Shown here piece after piece: positions 1 through 11,187 of a DNA stretch of 64,000 bases. The stretch lies in NCBI GenBank assembly GCA_047495785.1, contig JBLDXI010000034.1:558001-622000 (forward strand), read 5' to 3'. Below the pieces are notes generated by a model. It was not told the DNA's origin. It saw only the letters and a list, made by a program, of their open reading frames with translations, and made no database searches. The position numbers and the translations under genes were made by a program. Numbering within the stretch: position 1 is the stretch's first letter; every line of letters starts with the position of its first letter. Origin of the DNA: Lepidodermella squamata (lineage: Eukaryota > Animalia > Gastrotricha).

Positions 1-1354
1 CGAAAAAGCAGAGATATCTTACAATATTTAAACCCATCTTTTCAAACCACACGTCAAAACAGTGGGCACTGGTAAAAATAGCCTCCTCGCGCTTCCTCCT
101 TAAATGATCACAATGCACAATAAAAGAGTGTTGCGCGTCTCATCCGTATTGTGCGCACCACTGTCCCTTTTCAGCACGGTGCGCTTATTATTCTATCAAG
201 GCGAACGTGCACCTAATGAGCACGCCGTCCTATTATTAAGTAGGCTATTAGATGGTACACGCGCGCGCGCACGAGCGCGTCGTGAGCGCAAATTGAGTGC
301 GCTTACTCGCGCGCGCTAAGTTCAAGTTTTATCATTTTCTGTAGCGCGTCCATACCTGAGCGCGACCACTTCTTAAAAATTAACTAGATGACCGATGACC
401 AGAACGACAAAAATAATTTCGATTATTAATTTTGATGATGTGTATTTCATTTTATTTCTATTTGAATTTTTTTTTTAAATTCGCTGTATTGTTACTCCGA
501 CCTATCCATAATGTGTGACTAGCAACAACTGAAAATTTTTGAATATTTACAGTGCGATTGGAATTTTCATAATTTTAGCGATAATTTCCAGTGAGCTCGT
601 TCATATAAATAATAGTGGACAATGATAGGCTACAATTATACGATCCGAAGTAAACGAAAAACTCTTAAGGCAGCAAAATTAATTTTCTAAATTTTATTTC
701 TAAATTTGTTTTCATTTTCGACATTTTTCCCTGTAATATTTATTTTGTCGCAAGTTTGCACAATTTCCATCGAAATATCGAGTCCATTTGATCGAGAACA
801 AAATTTAAAAGTTTAATAGCGCTTTATTATTAGCGAGCGTAATTATTACCGATTATTACCGATATTAATTATAAAAATGCTCGCGGTGCAACCGCGGTGC
901 TCACGGCACGCTGCAATTTAGGCCACTCACAAAAAAGGCGCCAACAGCCAGATAGTGCGTGCACATGCAAAGAATTTTCGCGTATTCGCGCATAAAAATG
1001 TTTGACGAATATAATGATACCAAACACGACTACTGAGCCGTCGCCGTCAAAATAAGTGCATGATAAAATATTTTTTCATTAGTTCTATCGTTTAGATCAT
1101 AGACCGCCAGTCATTTTGAGCCCAAGCTCGTCTCTCTAGCACTGACACTTTTTGCGTTGTTAATCGCGCGGTAAAACTGGCCTGGTTATTTGGAGCGGCC
1201 ACACGCGCAAATTTTGACATTCTCACTTTAATTTGTGATCACCTTCCGCTTGTTGTGCGCAAATTATTATGCATGCAGAATGTGCAGTAAATTACGAGGA
1301 GTCCAACGAGACCAAGCACGACTTGCTAGCTATCACGATTGCGGAGTTGAAGCG

Positions 1355-1386
<32 letters not shown>

Positions 1387-4300
1387 GAATTATTATCTTA
1401 ATTCGAAGTTTTGTGGTATAATAATAACGAGATCAAAGGCGCGCGCGAGAAATAAAAATAATTACTGTGTTGGCGTGGCTATTTTGCGCGCGCGCGGCTT
1501 GTTTGCTTAATTTTAGATAAAAGGTCGAACCATAATATGAATAGAGAACGGCGTTTTCTCATGATAAAATTTGATTTTTTTTATATTGTTAATTTTTTAC
1601 TGCTACCTGCTTAGTCGTATACCGCTGCAATTCCGAGTGGCCTCTTATAGCGCGTGGTATGTTAATAAAAGCGCGGCGGCGGCGCATGTTATGATATCAG
1701 CAGCTAGTAACGCACCGGATGGGGAGATTATTGTGACCGGATGTCACGCGCGCAGCAGCAGTGATGCAGCTAAATTTATTAATTTACTATCAGCCCAATA
1801 TTGTGGATCACAATTGGCTTTTAATTTAATTTGCCTCATCTCATCGCCTTTCATGTAAATCACGCTGGTGCTGTTTATGAAATTATTGATACTTCCGCCG
1901 CGAGGCTATAATTTCGGCGGTGTTACTGTTGCTCGCTATTATCCGCTAGCCTCGTTGTTTGTTGTATCCTGCTGCGTGTTTTATCGCTTGTATACGTTGG
2001 TTAACAAGTGTTAAAATCGCCGTTTTTTCACGCCTCGCATCATCGCCTGCCTTTCACGCACTGCTGGCATGAACTGAACAATACCAGCAGTGACACCGTC
2101 GCGCGCTGACGACTGGGCCGTTTCGCTCTCGCGCCTTCATTCACGCGCGCGCTGCGCTGTAGAATAGCGCGTTGCCAATGAATGGGGATCACGCATACAG
2201 CGCCACAGGCTAGAAGTGTGAAAAAGGCGGAGCTTAGCCTCGCGCGTGGAATAACAGCACAGTATACGCATTTTACGAAAAATAAACGGCGAATATCGTT
2301 TTAGCCTGTAGCATAACTGCAGTTGAATGCCTAACCTGCATTTTTCACCCTTCTTTGCGTTTTTCATTGTTTTTCATTGCTTTCATTGCTTTCATTGCTA
2401 GGCTCTCTCTCGTTTGGTATTCAATCAAGAATTGCTGTTTTCTCATTTTCGTGAACATTTAGGTTTTAATTCGGTTCTATGTTGAGTAAATAGAATTCTA
2501 TCATATTGGAAACTTCAGAGGTAATTTATAATTATTTCACCAGTTAAAAACATTAGCAATCACGACCGCTACGTGTTTCATCCCGCAATCATTGCCGCGC
2601 GACGCGCTTCGAATTTATGTGCTCCATTCGTCGTCGTCGTCGTCGTCGAGTAATAAATAAATAATAAATAATTATTATTATTATTTACGAATTATTATTA
2701 TTATTTACGACGACGACGACGACGACGGCGCGCGCCGGTTGTTTGTTCGTCGTTCGTCGTTTCTTTCGCAATAAAATTTCAAATTATTAGCGCGCGTGAA
2801 TATTTCTCGCTAATATATGATTTTTTTTGCTAGTTGAAAATATCGCAAACGTGTATATGCCTCAATAAAATTCGCTTATTTTTCCAGATGTCCTACTTCC
2901 GCGCACGCTAAAACTGGGTCAACGACGGGTCTAACAAGGCGCGTTGCAGGTCACAATTATTATTGCGGTAGGTCATAAGTAATTTTATCGACGTTCCATG
3001 TTTATTTTCTCTTTGGTCTATTTTTGCTCTTTGTTGATATTGAATATTGCAAATAGAATACAGGAGTGAAACTGTTTTTAGCGAATATTATGGAAATCAT
3101 TATTTGTTGCAATTTGTCGGTATATCATCTGTTAGCTGCTTCACGCGCATCTCTCCCTATTAGCACAATTGAATCGCGCGTCAATAAAAACTGAGCAAGC
3201 ATGATTTTACTAGCAATCAATCGCGCGATAGAAGAATAGATAATTAAGATATAATAGCTGAAATATTACTAGTCTTTATTTGATTATTATTCGCGATCAA
3301 CAGCGGCGAAATGTTTATAAGTATAAAATATTGTAGGGTGCCTCGCTGACGTCAAATAGTTATCTAGGTCAAGCTGTGTAACATATTGTTTTTAAAATTA
3401 TTATATTTATAAAATTAATATAACTTTCAGTAGCTCATTATAATCAAGTCGTCTACTTTGATGAGACGAATTTACGAACAACGTTGAATTTACGCATTAT
3501 ATCGCTAAATTTTCAACCTTAGCATTCGCTCTCGCCGAGTTTCTAGGTCAAACAAATAATACGTGACCTACATTAGCATTTTTACTACAGGCATAATCCA
3601 CATTCACTGATGTGGAATGTAGGTCAAGTAGTTTTTTGCGATTTCCATAATTTTCGCTGATTGTACGATTTTGTGCGAAAAATGATTTCGATCGCCAAAA
3701 ATCAGGAAAAATTCCTAAAATCACCAAAATTTGCAGTGAAATCGCAAAACACCTCACCGATCTTGGTCTCAAATTTCATGAATTTTGGAAATATTAATAA
3801 TTTTGGATAAAAAATCTCAATTTCAATTTCTTGCGTTAACCTCTAATCAGATTCTCGTTTTTTAGCAGCACGGAGAATTTCGACACTCGAATGTTTTCTC
3901 ACCGGATTGCAGGGCTAACAATTTTTTCTTGGGAACTGTGAGTTATTAAATTTATAATATTTTATTTTTGACTAATTATTCTATTCTTAGCTTGCGCGTG
4001 TTCGAAACGAGTGGATCGTGTCTACGGCTGGGCCAATTTCAACAACAAACAGTACCGTCAGCGGTCAAATTTATCTCCAGTGATAGGTGATATGCTACTG
4101 TGCGATCTTTGTTGTTGTGCGAGCTATTGTTTTTCGATTATAACTGATTGATTATTCGCTATTATTATTTGCTTTTGCTTTGATGACCGAGGCAAAATTC
4201 AATAAAAGTGAGATGAAAAACGTCTTTGCCTTGTTGGTTTCATCGATGCCACGTCGAGGAAAGTGGCGGAAAAATTGGGTGTGGTTGATAGGGCGCGGCT

Positions 4301-4545
4301 GGTGGGGCGCAGAACCCTGCGCGCCTGACAGGGCGGTTGACGCCTCATTAGATTACCTTGAAAGACATCAGCTTTTTAGCTCACTGTTAAGGTGGATACA
4401 TACTGCCTCCTTCTAAGACATACCAAGCTTAAAAGGCGACACGGGTCGCCTGATAAGGAGGATGAATTTATATATAAAATATCCTCCTTATAAGGCTCCT
4501 TGTAAGGAGTTTATTTTTTCCAGTGGGATTTGTAACCGGTAAGAA

Positions 4546-5100
4546 ATGGGCGACTATCACCATCACCACCACCACGACGAACATCATTACGAGCATCACC
4601 ACGACAGTTTTGGCCTAGCCCATGCGTCACGGCATTGCTTGAAGCGAGTTTCGGATGTATAGCCATCTTGGCTGTCATAGCAGCTATTGTCGCTTTGGTC
4701 GTAGTTTTCGGAGTTGACGGCGGTTCGTCGAATAGCAACTCGACTACAACAACAACTAGGCGGACCACTTCAATCTTGACTTCGACCCCGGTCACGACGA
4801 GAACCACTACGAAGCAAGGCAGTTCGACCAGCACTACGGCAGCTGCATCTACAACTAAGGCAACAACTACAACCACGAAAGCAGCTACTACGACAACGAA
4901 AGCAACAACCACCACCACGAAGCAAGTTACAACTACGACGAAAGCGCCTTCATCTAGTTCAAGAACCACTAGCAGAATGTTAAATTTACCTATACAATTG
5001 GCTTAGATTTATGTAAATTAGGTATCGACGTGGTGTTCGTAATAAATCCTGTGTACTGAAATGCGGAAATTCGGTTGTTGTTTTTGAACATGGAAATTAG
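4546..5100 (+). CDS. Putative single-pass membrane protein: His-rich N-terminus, TM helix, Thr-rich mucin-like stalk, short two-Cys tail (apparent 1-nt frameshift near 4620)
   Basis: ATG 4546 reads MGDYHHHHHHDEHHYEHHHDSFGLA. One extra C in the gccc run at about 4618-4621 joins this to the frame encoding PCVTALLEASFGCIAILAVIAAIVALVVVFGV and the TTTTTK repeats. A candidate intron at 4979-5021 gives the terminal exon MYRRGVRNKSCVLKCGNSVVVFEHGN*. TATA-like TATATAAAA at about 4471. Confidence 0.6.
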
Positions 5101-5555
5101 AGGCAAACCATGAATGAATAGGATGGCTGAAGATGGGAAAAGTAAGACAAAAATGTTAACATTTGAGGTCAAAAAGACGATCATTTGTGCTCAAGTTGCG
5201 ACAAGCGAGAGCACGTGCTAGGCGAGCCCTGAAATACCCAACTTATAAGCGTTCCCTTATACGAGATTCGATGTAACCTGACTGAGGTTATGCGCATAAT
5301 ATTCCCGGACAATGTAAAATCCTCTTTTAGGTTTAGGACAAACCGGATGAACCGGATGATGCTGTCGGAGTGAAAACATTAACTTTACATTAATGAATTA
5401 ATACACTTATCGCTCAATGATGTACAGACGAGTGCTTTCGCTCAAAAAAGCAGACCGATCAATAAAGCCGTAGTAGTTGTTCATACAAATATGCTGCTTC
5501 TAAGTAAGATAGTTCTGTTTTCACATCAAAACTCAGCTTTAATAATATTTGAAGC

Positions 5556-6983
5556 ATGGACAACAGCGAAAGACAAGTTGCGCAAAAACCGAAAGTTACA
5601 ATATGCTGCAAGGTAAGAGCCGCTGCCAATTCGATTCGGCTCTATCCTTTCGTTCACAGGTATGTGGCAAAGTTGTTCCGTCGAGGGCTCACTATCAGCC
5701 GCGGGAATGCAGCGCCTGCCAGGTAAACGTCACCTAATTTAAAATGTTTAGAATTTTCGGTTAATTTTTCAGACATTTTTCAATCGACAATCCAAACGAA
5801 GATTCGAAATTAAATGCATCACTGGGAAGTTTGACTGCGAGATAATGCCGGGGAAAACTCGTGTTGGCTGCACCCCTTGTCGGCTTGAGAAATGCTTTAA
5901 ATCTCGTCAAAGACAATGTATGTCAATATTTCACTGATTTTTCACTGAAAACAAATTCATGAAATTCTCCTGTAGGCTGTAAAGTGCAACTTGCTGACTC
6001 CTCGAACACTGAAATTGAGACCATTATAAATTCTGAATCAGACCAAGTTAGTTCGACCATAATTGTCCACCCCGAAGATCCGTGTCGCTTTCTATGGGTT
6101 CAAAAAGTGACCAGAAGCTCAATCTTGGGATTAACGATTCTACACGATTTAGACTCGGTACGAATGCAATTGAAAATTCGATGAAATGGCTAAATTATCC
6201 GCCCGTCTAGGTTCCTTTACGAAAACGAGATCGGCCCTATGGAGATATTAGGATGTTGGCCGAAGACTTTAGCATTCATTTCGGGAATTTTTACAATACG
6301 AGTTGCAAATTCGCTGGGTACATGAGAGGTAGCTTCTCTTCCTAATTCCTAGAACTTGACCCACAAAACACTTTTCTTCTAGATGCGTTCTCATTGTCTG
6401 ATTCTGATCTGAATGCAGCATTGGCCACTGGATGGGGACCAATAGCTTTTGCCTTTTCATCTCTACCGAGTAACCAAAGTGCGATTTCCATCAACGACGC
6501 TGTTCTCCCGCAATTTCTTAGAATTTTTCCAGATTATAAGGTAAGCTTTATTGCGAATTCTAACTTGAAATAAAAGAACATTTCAGCCGATAATCGAGCT
6601 GTCAAAGGAGTTTTCGGGCTTGATCAATTGCTGGAAACCTTCTATGCCCGAATTCGCTCTAGTGCTAAGTTATCTATTCCTCAATGGTAAGCGATTTCTT
6701 GATCCAACTTTATCTAATTGAATTTCCGCCCATATTTGCAGGGAAGAAATTTCGACTATCGAATCCTCGCTTAGCTCAACTTTCAAGACTATTGAAGTAT
6801 TCTTTAACAGTCCTGCCATTCTCAGCGTCGCGAGAAGTCGATGAAAGCTATTTCAAACGAATTATAGAAATTTTGGACCACGTCTCGAGAATAACTTCGG
6901 ATATCATGAAAACTACAGCCGCTCGCCCAGATTTCGTAGTACCTAAGCAGCAATTAGGCACATTTATGGCTTTCTTTATGTAA
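5556..6983 (+). CDS. Divergent nuclear hormone receptor, copy A (C4 zinc-finger DBD + divergent LBD), multi-exon
   Basis: Spliced DBD reads CKVCGKVVPSRAHYQPRECSACQ|TFFNRQSKRRFEIKCITGKFDCEIMPGKTRVGCTPCRLEKC, with introns 5613-5659 and 5723-5772. Downstream exons encode an LBD-like helical region (DAFSLSDSDLNAALATGWGPIAFAFS...INCWKPSMPEFALVLSYLFL) ending LGTFMAFFM*. Confidence 0.9.
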
Positions 6984-7329
6984 AATGTGTAACCCAAATT
7001 AATTCAAGTAGTCGAAAATTGTTCAAAGATTTCGACCAACACCCAGAATCTTTATTTTCTTGAAAAGGACGCTCAGCGACTCGAATGAAAAACAAATGTC
7101 TTTAAATTATATAAAAAGTTTCTTATTTTGCCTAATTTAACATTTTTGAACATTTTTGATACGAAAGTAGGCGGCATAAAATTATGGAGAATGAATTGTT
7201 TCGTAATTTAACACGACCTCTATAACCTATAGCCTATAACCATCCTCCTCACTGCTAACTTGGAAATCGCCGTAAAATGCACGAAGCTCTGTATTGTTTT
7301 GCAAAATAATTCTCACAGTCAACTTATAG

Positions 7330-7860
7330 GTAGTATCCTTGGTGAATTTGTACAGTAGCTCGTTTCCTGTGAAGCTTACCTGTGGGATGCACCGGCCACC
7401 AATCGTTAGCAGGTCAGTTGGGGACGAAGCCCAATGGTGGCCTATGATTAACCATTCGCATTTTGATGGATTGAGCTTCAGTTGCCATCTCGTGCACCAG
7501 GCCTCTCTAGATCAGTAGCGCGTTTGAAGCCTCGCAACGCTCTGCTCGTAGTGGGAACCCCAAACCCGATTCGCAGCATCATCATCGCAAGTACCAGCAC
7601 CAGCGGCCGTCGTCCGGTTTAAGGTTCAGCGGCTGAAATCTGCTGTGTAGAATAAAATGAAAGGCGGTGGACTGAGTGGACTGCCCTGAGGATCTCCACG
7701 CTTGCTGTGCGTTGTGGCTCACATGTTGTGGCTCACCTATGCCGAAGGATCTGTCGTTGGGAAAGTTTGCTACCTAGCGAACAAGGGGTTCAGGAGCTCC
7801 AGATCTGTATAAGACCGGCATGCCATACGGTGTCAAAGACCGTCTTGAAATCCAGTTTGA
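7330..7860 (-). mobile_element. Degenerate non-LTR retrotransposon (LINE) reverse transcriptase fragment
   Basis: Minus-strand translation gives LDFKTVFDTVWHAGL (about 7855-7811; cf. the LDxxKAFDxVWH RT motif) and GDPQGSPLSP (about 7697-7668; cf. GVPQGSxLSP), then a decayed YADD-position CDDD and WASSPTDLL. The frames are broken. Confidence 0.75.
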
Positions 7861-7903
7861 GTTAGTGCGATGGAATTTTTATCTGCAATTCATAGATAAT
7901 AGT

Positions 7904-10624
7904 GGTAGTGCCGCCTTTCCTCAACCGCCTTTCCTCAACATACAGTTTCCTCAACGTATTGTTTACACAACATGTGCGCAACTCAACCGTGCGCGCGAGT
8001 GGGGCTCGGGTACGGGCGCGCGACGCGTGCGCGACGTGTGTTAAGATGTTTGAAAACAGGTGACATCTATTATCACGACCGTAGCCAGTCCACCTTAATT
8101 GAAGGCCACTTACCTAATTGCCACGGTTGTTGAGACTATTGTTAAGATTTTCGCTGTTGATTTTATTACGAATTACCGAGGATTTCCTTGAATTGCCCCA
8201 GTATTGTTCAGTGTGCCGTTCATGGGCGGTATGCTAAAAAATGCTCTCAAGGCAAGCTACCGAAGCCGGGTGTACCTCACTTGCGCATGTATTTCGAAAT
8301 TATTCGAACTTAAACTTCATACTTTAATACCGGAATCAAAAAAGGTGCAGTGACTTGTTCATTTATCGCGCGCCGCCCGCCGAAATCGACCGAGAACTTC
8401 ACCCGAGCATCGATGCCTGCAAACCACCATAGAGCATAGAGCAGCCACTTTTTTAATCGCATATTAGATTAGAAAAGTAGCAGAAGACACGCATGAGCCA
8501 ATTCATTAATAATTAATTAAAATATTCGCCCAAAAATCTCAAAAATGCCGAATACGTGATCAAAATTTAACATTTAAAAGTTGACCCGTATTAGCCGAAA
8601 CACACGCCTATGTGTATCAATTTCGAAAAATTCCTGTGTGTTAACGGTGTCGAGCCTGTCCGATTATGATATATATTTTGAAAGGCCATGATGTCATCTA
8701 TCTACCATGATTTGTTCGATTTTTTTCCCGAATTGCCATTTGGTAAAAAACATCAATATAACGTAACACAGTCAGCTGATTACGTAAAAAACAGAGGTAG
8801 CGTGACTTGCACTTTCTTTGACTTGCACTTTGACTTTAGCAGCCTTGTGTCCCTCGAAAATTTTTATCCAATTCAACAAATCAGACCTATTGCTATCATT
8901 TAAAAAAATAACCATCCCAAGATATACAATTGCCTTGATGCTATTAATTTCCAAATAAATACTACACGCCAGTGTGTGTTCAGGCAGTAAGTGGAAAATC
9001 CCAGCAATACAAGTTACGCACTTGTGGTTACGCTCTTGAGAGTGAGGCAGGATGCGTGCCCCGTGCCCCCATGAATCTATATACTTAGCAAGTCATCACT
9101 CCACGCAGTGTAGAAAGTAGGGGGGGGGGGGGATGGTGGGGATCATCCTGGTCTCGGCAAGACCCCGTCCCTAGCTGGGTGAGGACGAAACGTCGTCCCG
9201 GGGGGGATGCGCCTTCATCCTGGTCTCAGCATAGGCGCGCACCCGGGATGGCACCCATCTCGAGAGCTGATTGGCCCATTTTTAGGTATTTATAATGGTT
9301 GTGCGCGCGTATTGGCTGTTGCGCGCGCTCTATAATGTGCGCGCACGCTCATTGGTCAACGCGCGCACCTAATAATGTGCGCGCGCGCTTATTGGTTAGT
9401 GTGCGCGTCGTGTTGCATGTGCGCGCGCGCTCATTGGTCAGTGGTCAGTGACCGCATTGTGTTGCAGATGCGCACGCGCTAATACTGCGAACTGCAAGCC
9501 TGGTTCGAGCGCGCTTCGATGCGGCTATGTTTAGTAGAAGCGCGCATTATAGAGATAATTTAAAATGTTGAGCGCGAGCGACTGTGAGACGTAGCGCTCT
9601 TATATTGAAAATGTATACATACCTATAATGCACCATGCACCATGAAATCAATTATGGAATGAATTTCCGCTATATTTCTAATTATTAGGGTCAATTTCCC
9701 ATAAATTTCACTTCGAATTCGATGGCCAATTCGACGATAAAGACAAAATTGTTAACAAATTATGAAAAAATCCACTAGTTTTTTCTAGAATCAAGTTATA
9801 TTTTTCGAACATTTGTATGATATTTAGTTTAAAAAAATCGAAAATCGAATTCCTCAAATCCCAAAAAACCTCATTTTTCATAAATAAATAGGGAATAGTT
9901 AATTCATCGATGGTTCTATTTTTGAATGCTGGGGGTGTATCCAAGGGTTTGTTTTTTTAGTAATTTCAGGTTATTCCCATGGAAAAATTTGTCGCGGAAT
10001 CCAAATTTTTCGCTCGCTTCGCTCGCCTTTTGGCATCTTTCTTCCCCACGTTAAATGGCCGAAAGAGAATTATAAGGAGAATTATAAGTCTATGCTATTT
10101 GCATTATTTTTTAATACGACTGAATGAAAATCACGACAGAGAAAAGCGTCAGCTAAGCTCGCTTCGCTCGCTAATGCCCTAGAATAACTTTATATCCCAA
10201 ATGGAGCTCAAAAATTCGGGGGAATTATAAATGGCAAAATTTTGAAATTGTGAAAGCAAGAAAAGACGACGAATAAAATAAGAAAATGGAAATGAACAGA
10301 AATAAATAGAATGATACATGCGAGCGAACGCGCAGCGTTCGCGAGCGCAATTTTTTTGGAAGGAAACCCCAATCCCCCCCTCGGCAAAAATCCTACTTTC
10401 TACGCTGACTCCACGTCTCCCCCCAGGAAGGAATTTTATAGCGTGACTTGAAGTCTTTGAGCGGCGCTGAGCGAACTCAACGCGCCTTATCAATTTCATC
10501 GACTCGCTAATCCTACTTAATCCCACTTATGTTGAGATGTTGAGCTAAGTACAGGTTGAGTAAATGCGTGTTGTGAAGCAAATATATGGTTGAGGAAAGG
10601 CGGTTGAGGAAAGGATGGCGAACC
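7904..10624. mobile_element. Non-autonomous TIR DNA transposon (GG...CC ends, 8-bp TSD; Merlin- or MULE-like)
   Basis: The left end GGTAGTGCCGCCTTTCCTCAACCGCCTTTCCTCAAC is an imperfect inverted repeat of the right end GTTGAGGAAAGGCGGTTGAGGAAAGGATGGCGAACC. The perfect direct repeat ATAATAGT flanks both ends (7896-7903, 10625-10632). No transposase ORF inside. Confidence 0.85.
9291..9445. repeat. Degenerate ~40-bp minisatellite (3-4 units), each unit with GTGCGCGC and ATTGG
   Basis: Units start at about 9291, 9331, 9371 and 9411 (TATAATGTGCGCGCACGCTCATTGG-like). It lies inside the 7904-10624 element. Confidence 0.75.
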
Positions 10625-11187
10625 ATAATAGTAAAGATCGGACGCTTACGATCCTCCCATAGTGTCAAAATTTTAGGGTGCAAAGGTCACCATGTGCACA
10701 GCCACATATTTGTGCTTTTTATTTGAGGCATGTGCGCTTAGCTAAATGCATGTAAAATCGACCAATTTTAAAATAAATTTTTCCGATCTTTACTATTATC
10801 TATGCTGCAATTATTACCAATTACTGATTACTGAATTCGCTCATCGCAATGTGATGCGATTACAAAAGAGCTGATATATTTATCTGTCAAAGAATTAGTT
10901 ATCTTCCATTCAGCAAAAAGCAACTGTTTCGCTTTTCTCGGGAATCGGGAATTGCGAGATAAAAAACTGCAAAAAAGTCGCGGAAAAGATAAAATCTGAG
11001 CAAGACGGTTCTACCGGCACCCCTGATAAATACATTTTTTACTAAATAAAAAGCCCAACATACTGGCTGATATGTGATATGATAAGACGAGCTCCTCATC
11101 GCCGCAAATTGCTTTATTTCAAGCTTTTATCTTGTTCTCTGTTTCGCAAGGCCTGTTTTTCGTCTCAGCCATCAAATTCAGCCAAGA

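Noticed and set aside
955-1010. CTCKEF motif as a possible SWIM finger of a decayed MULE in 1-4100
   Set aside because: The CxH half is absent and stops intervene. Too weak to call.
1235-1510. ORF with a poly-Ile stretch resembling a TM helix
   Set aside because: The poly-Ile comes from an (ATT)n microsatellite, and there is no other coding signal.
4511-4969. 152-aa Val-rich minus-strand ORF
   Set aside because: It is the antisense shadow of the Thr-rich (ACN) codons of the plus-strand mucin-like gene.
9175-9200. CTGGGTGAGGACGAAAC resembling a hammerhead ribozyme core
   Set aside because: It lacks the CUGANGA core and a stem II. GACGAAAC is better explained by the GGACGA/TCGTCC hairpin.
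9291-9445. Regularly spaced repeats as a CRISPR-like array (also 28380-28500, 19905-19965)
   Set aside because: These are degenerate tandem or subterminal TE repeats without unique spacers. The context is eukaryotic and there are no cas genes.
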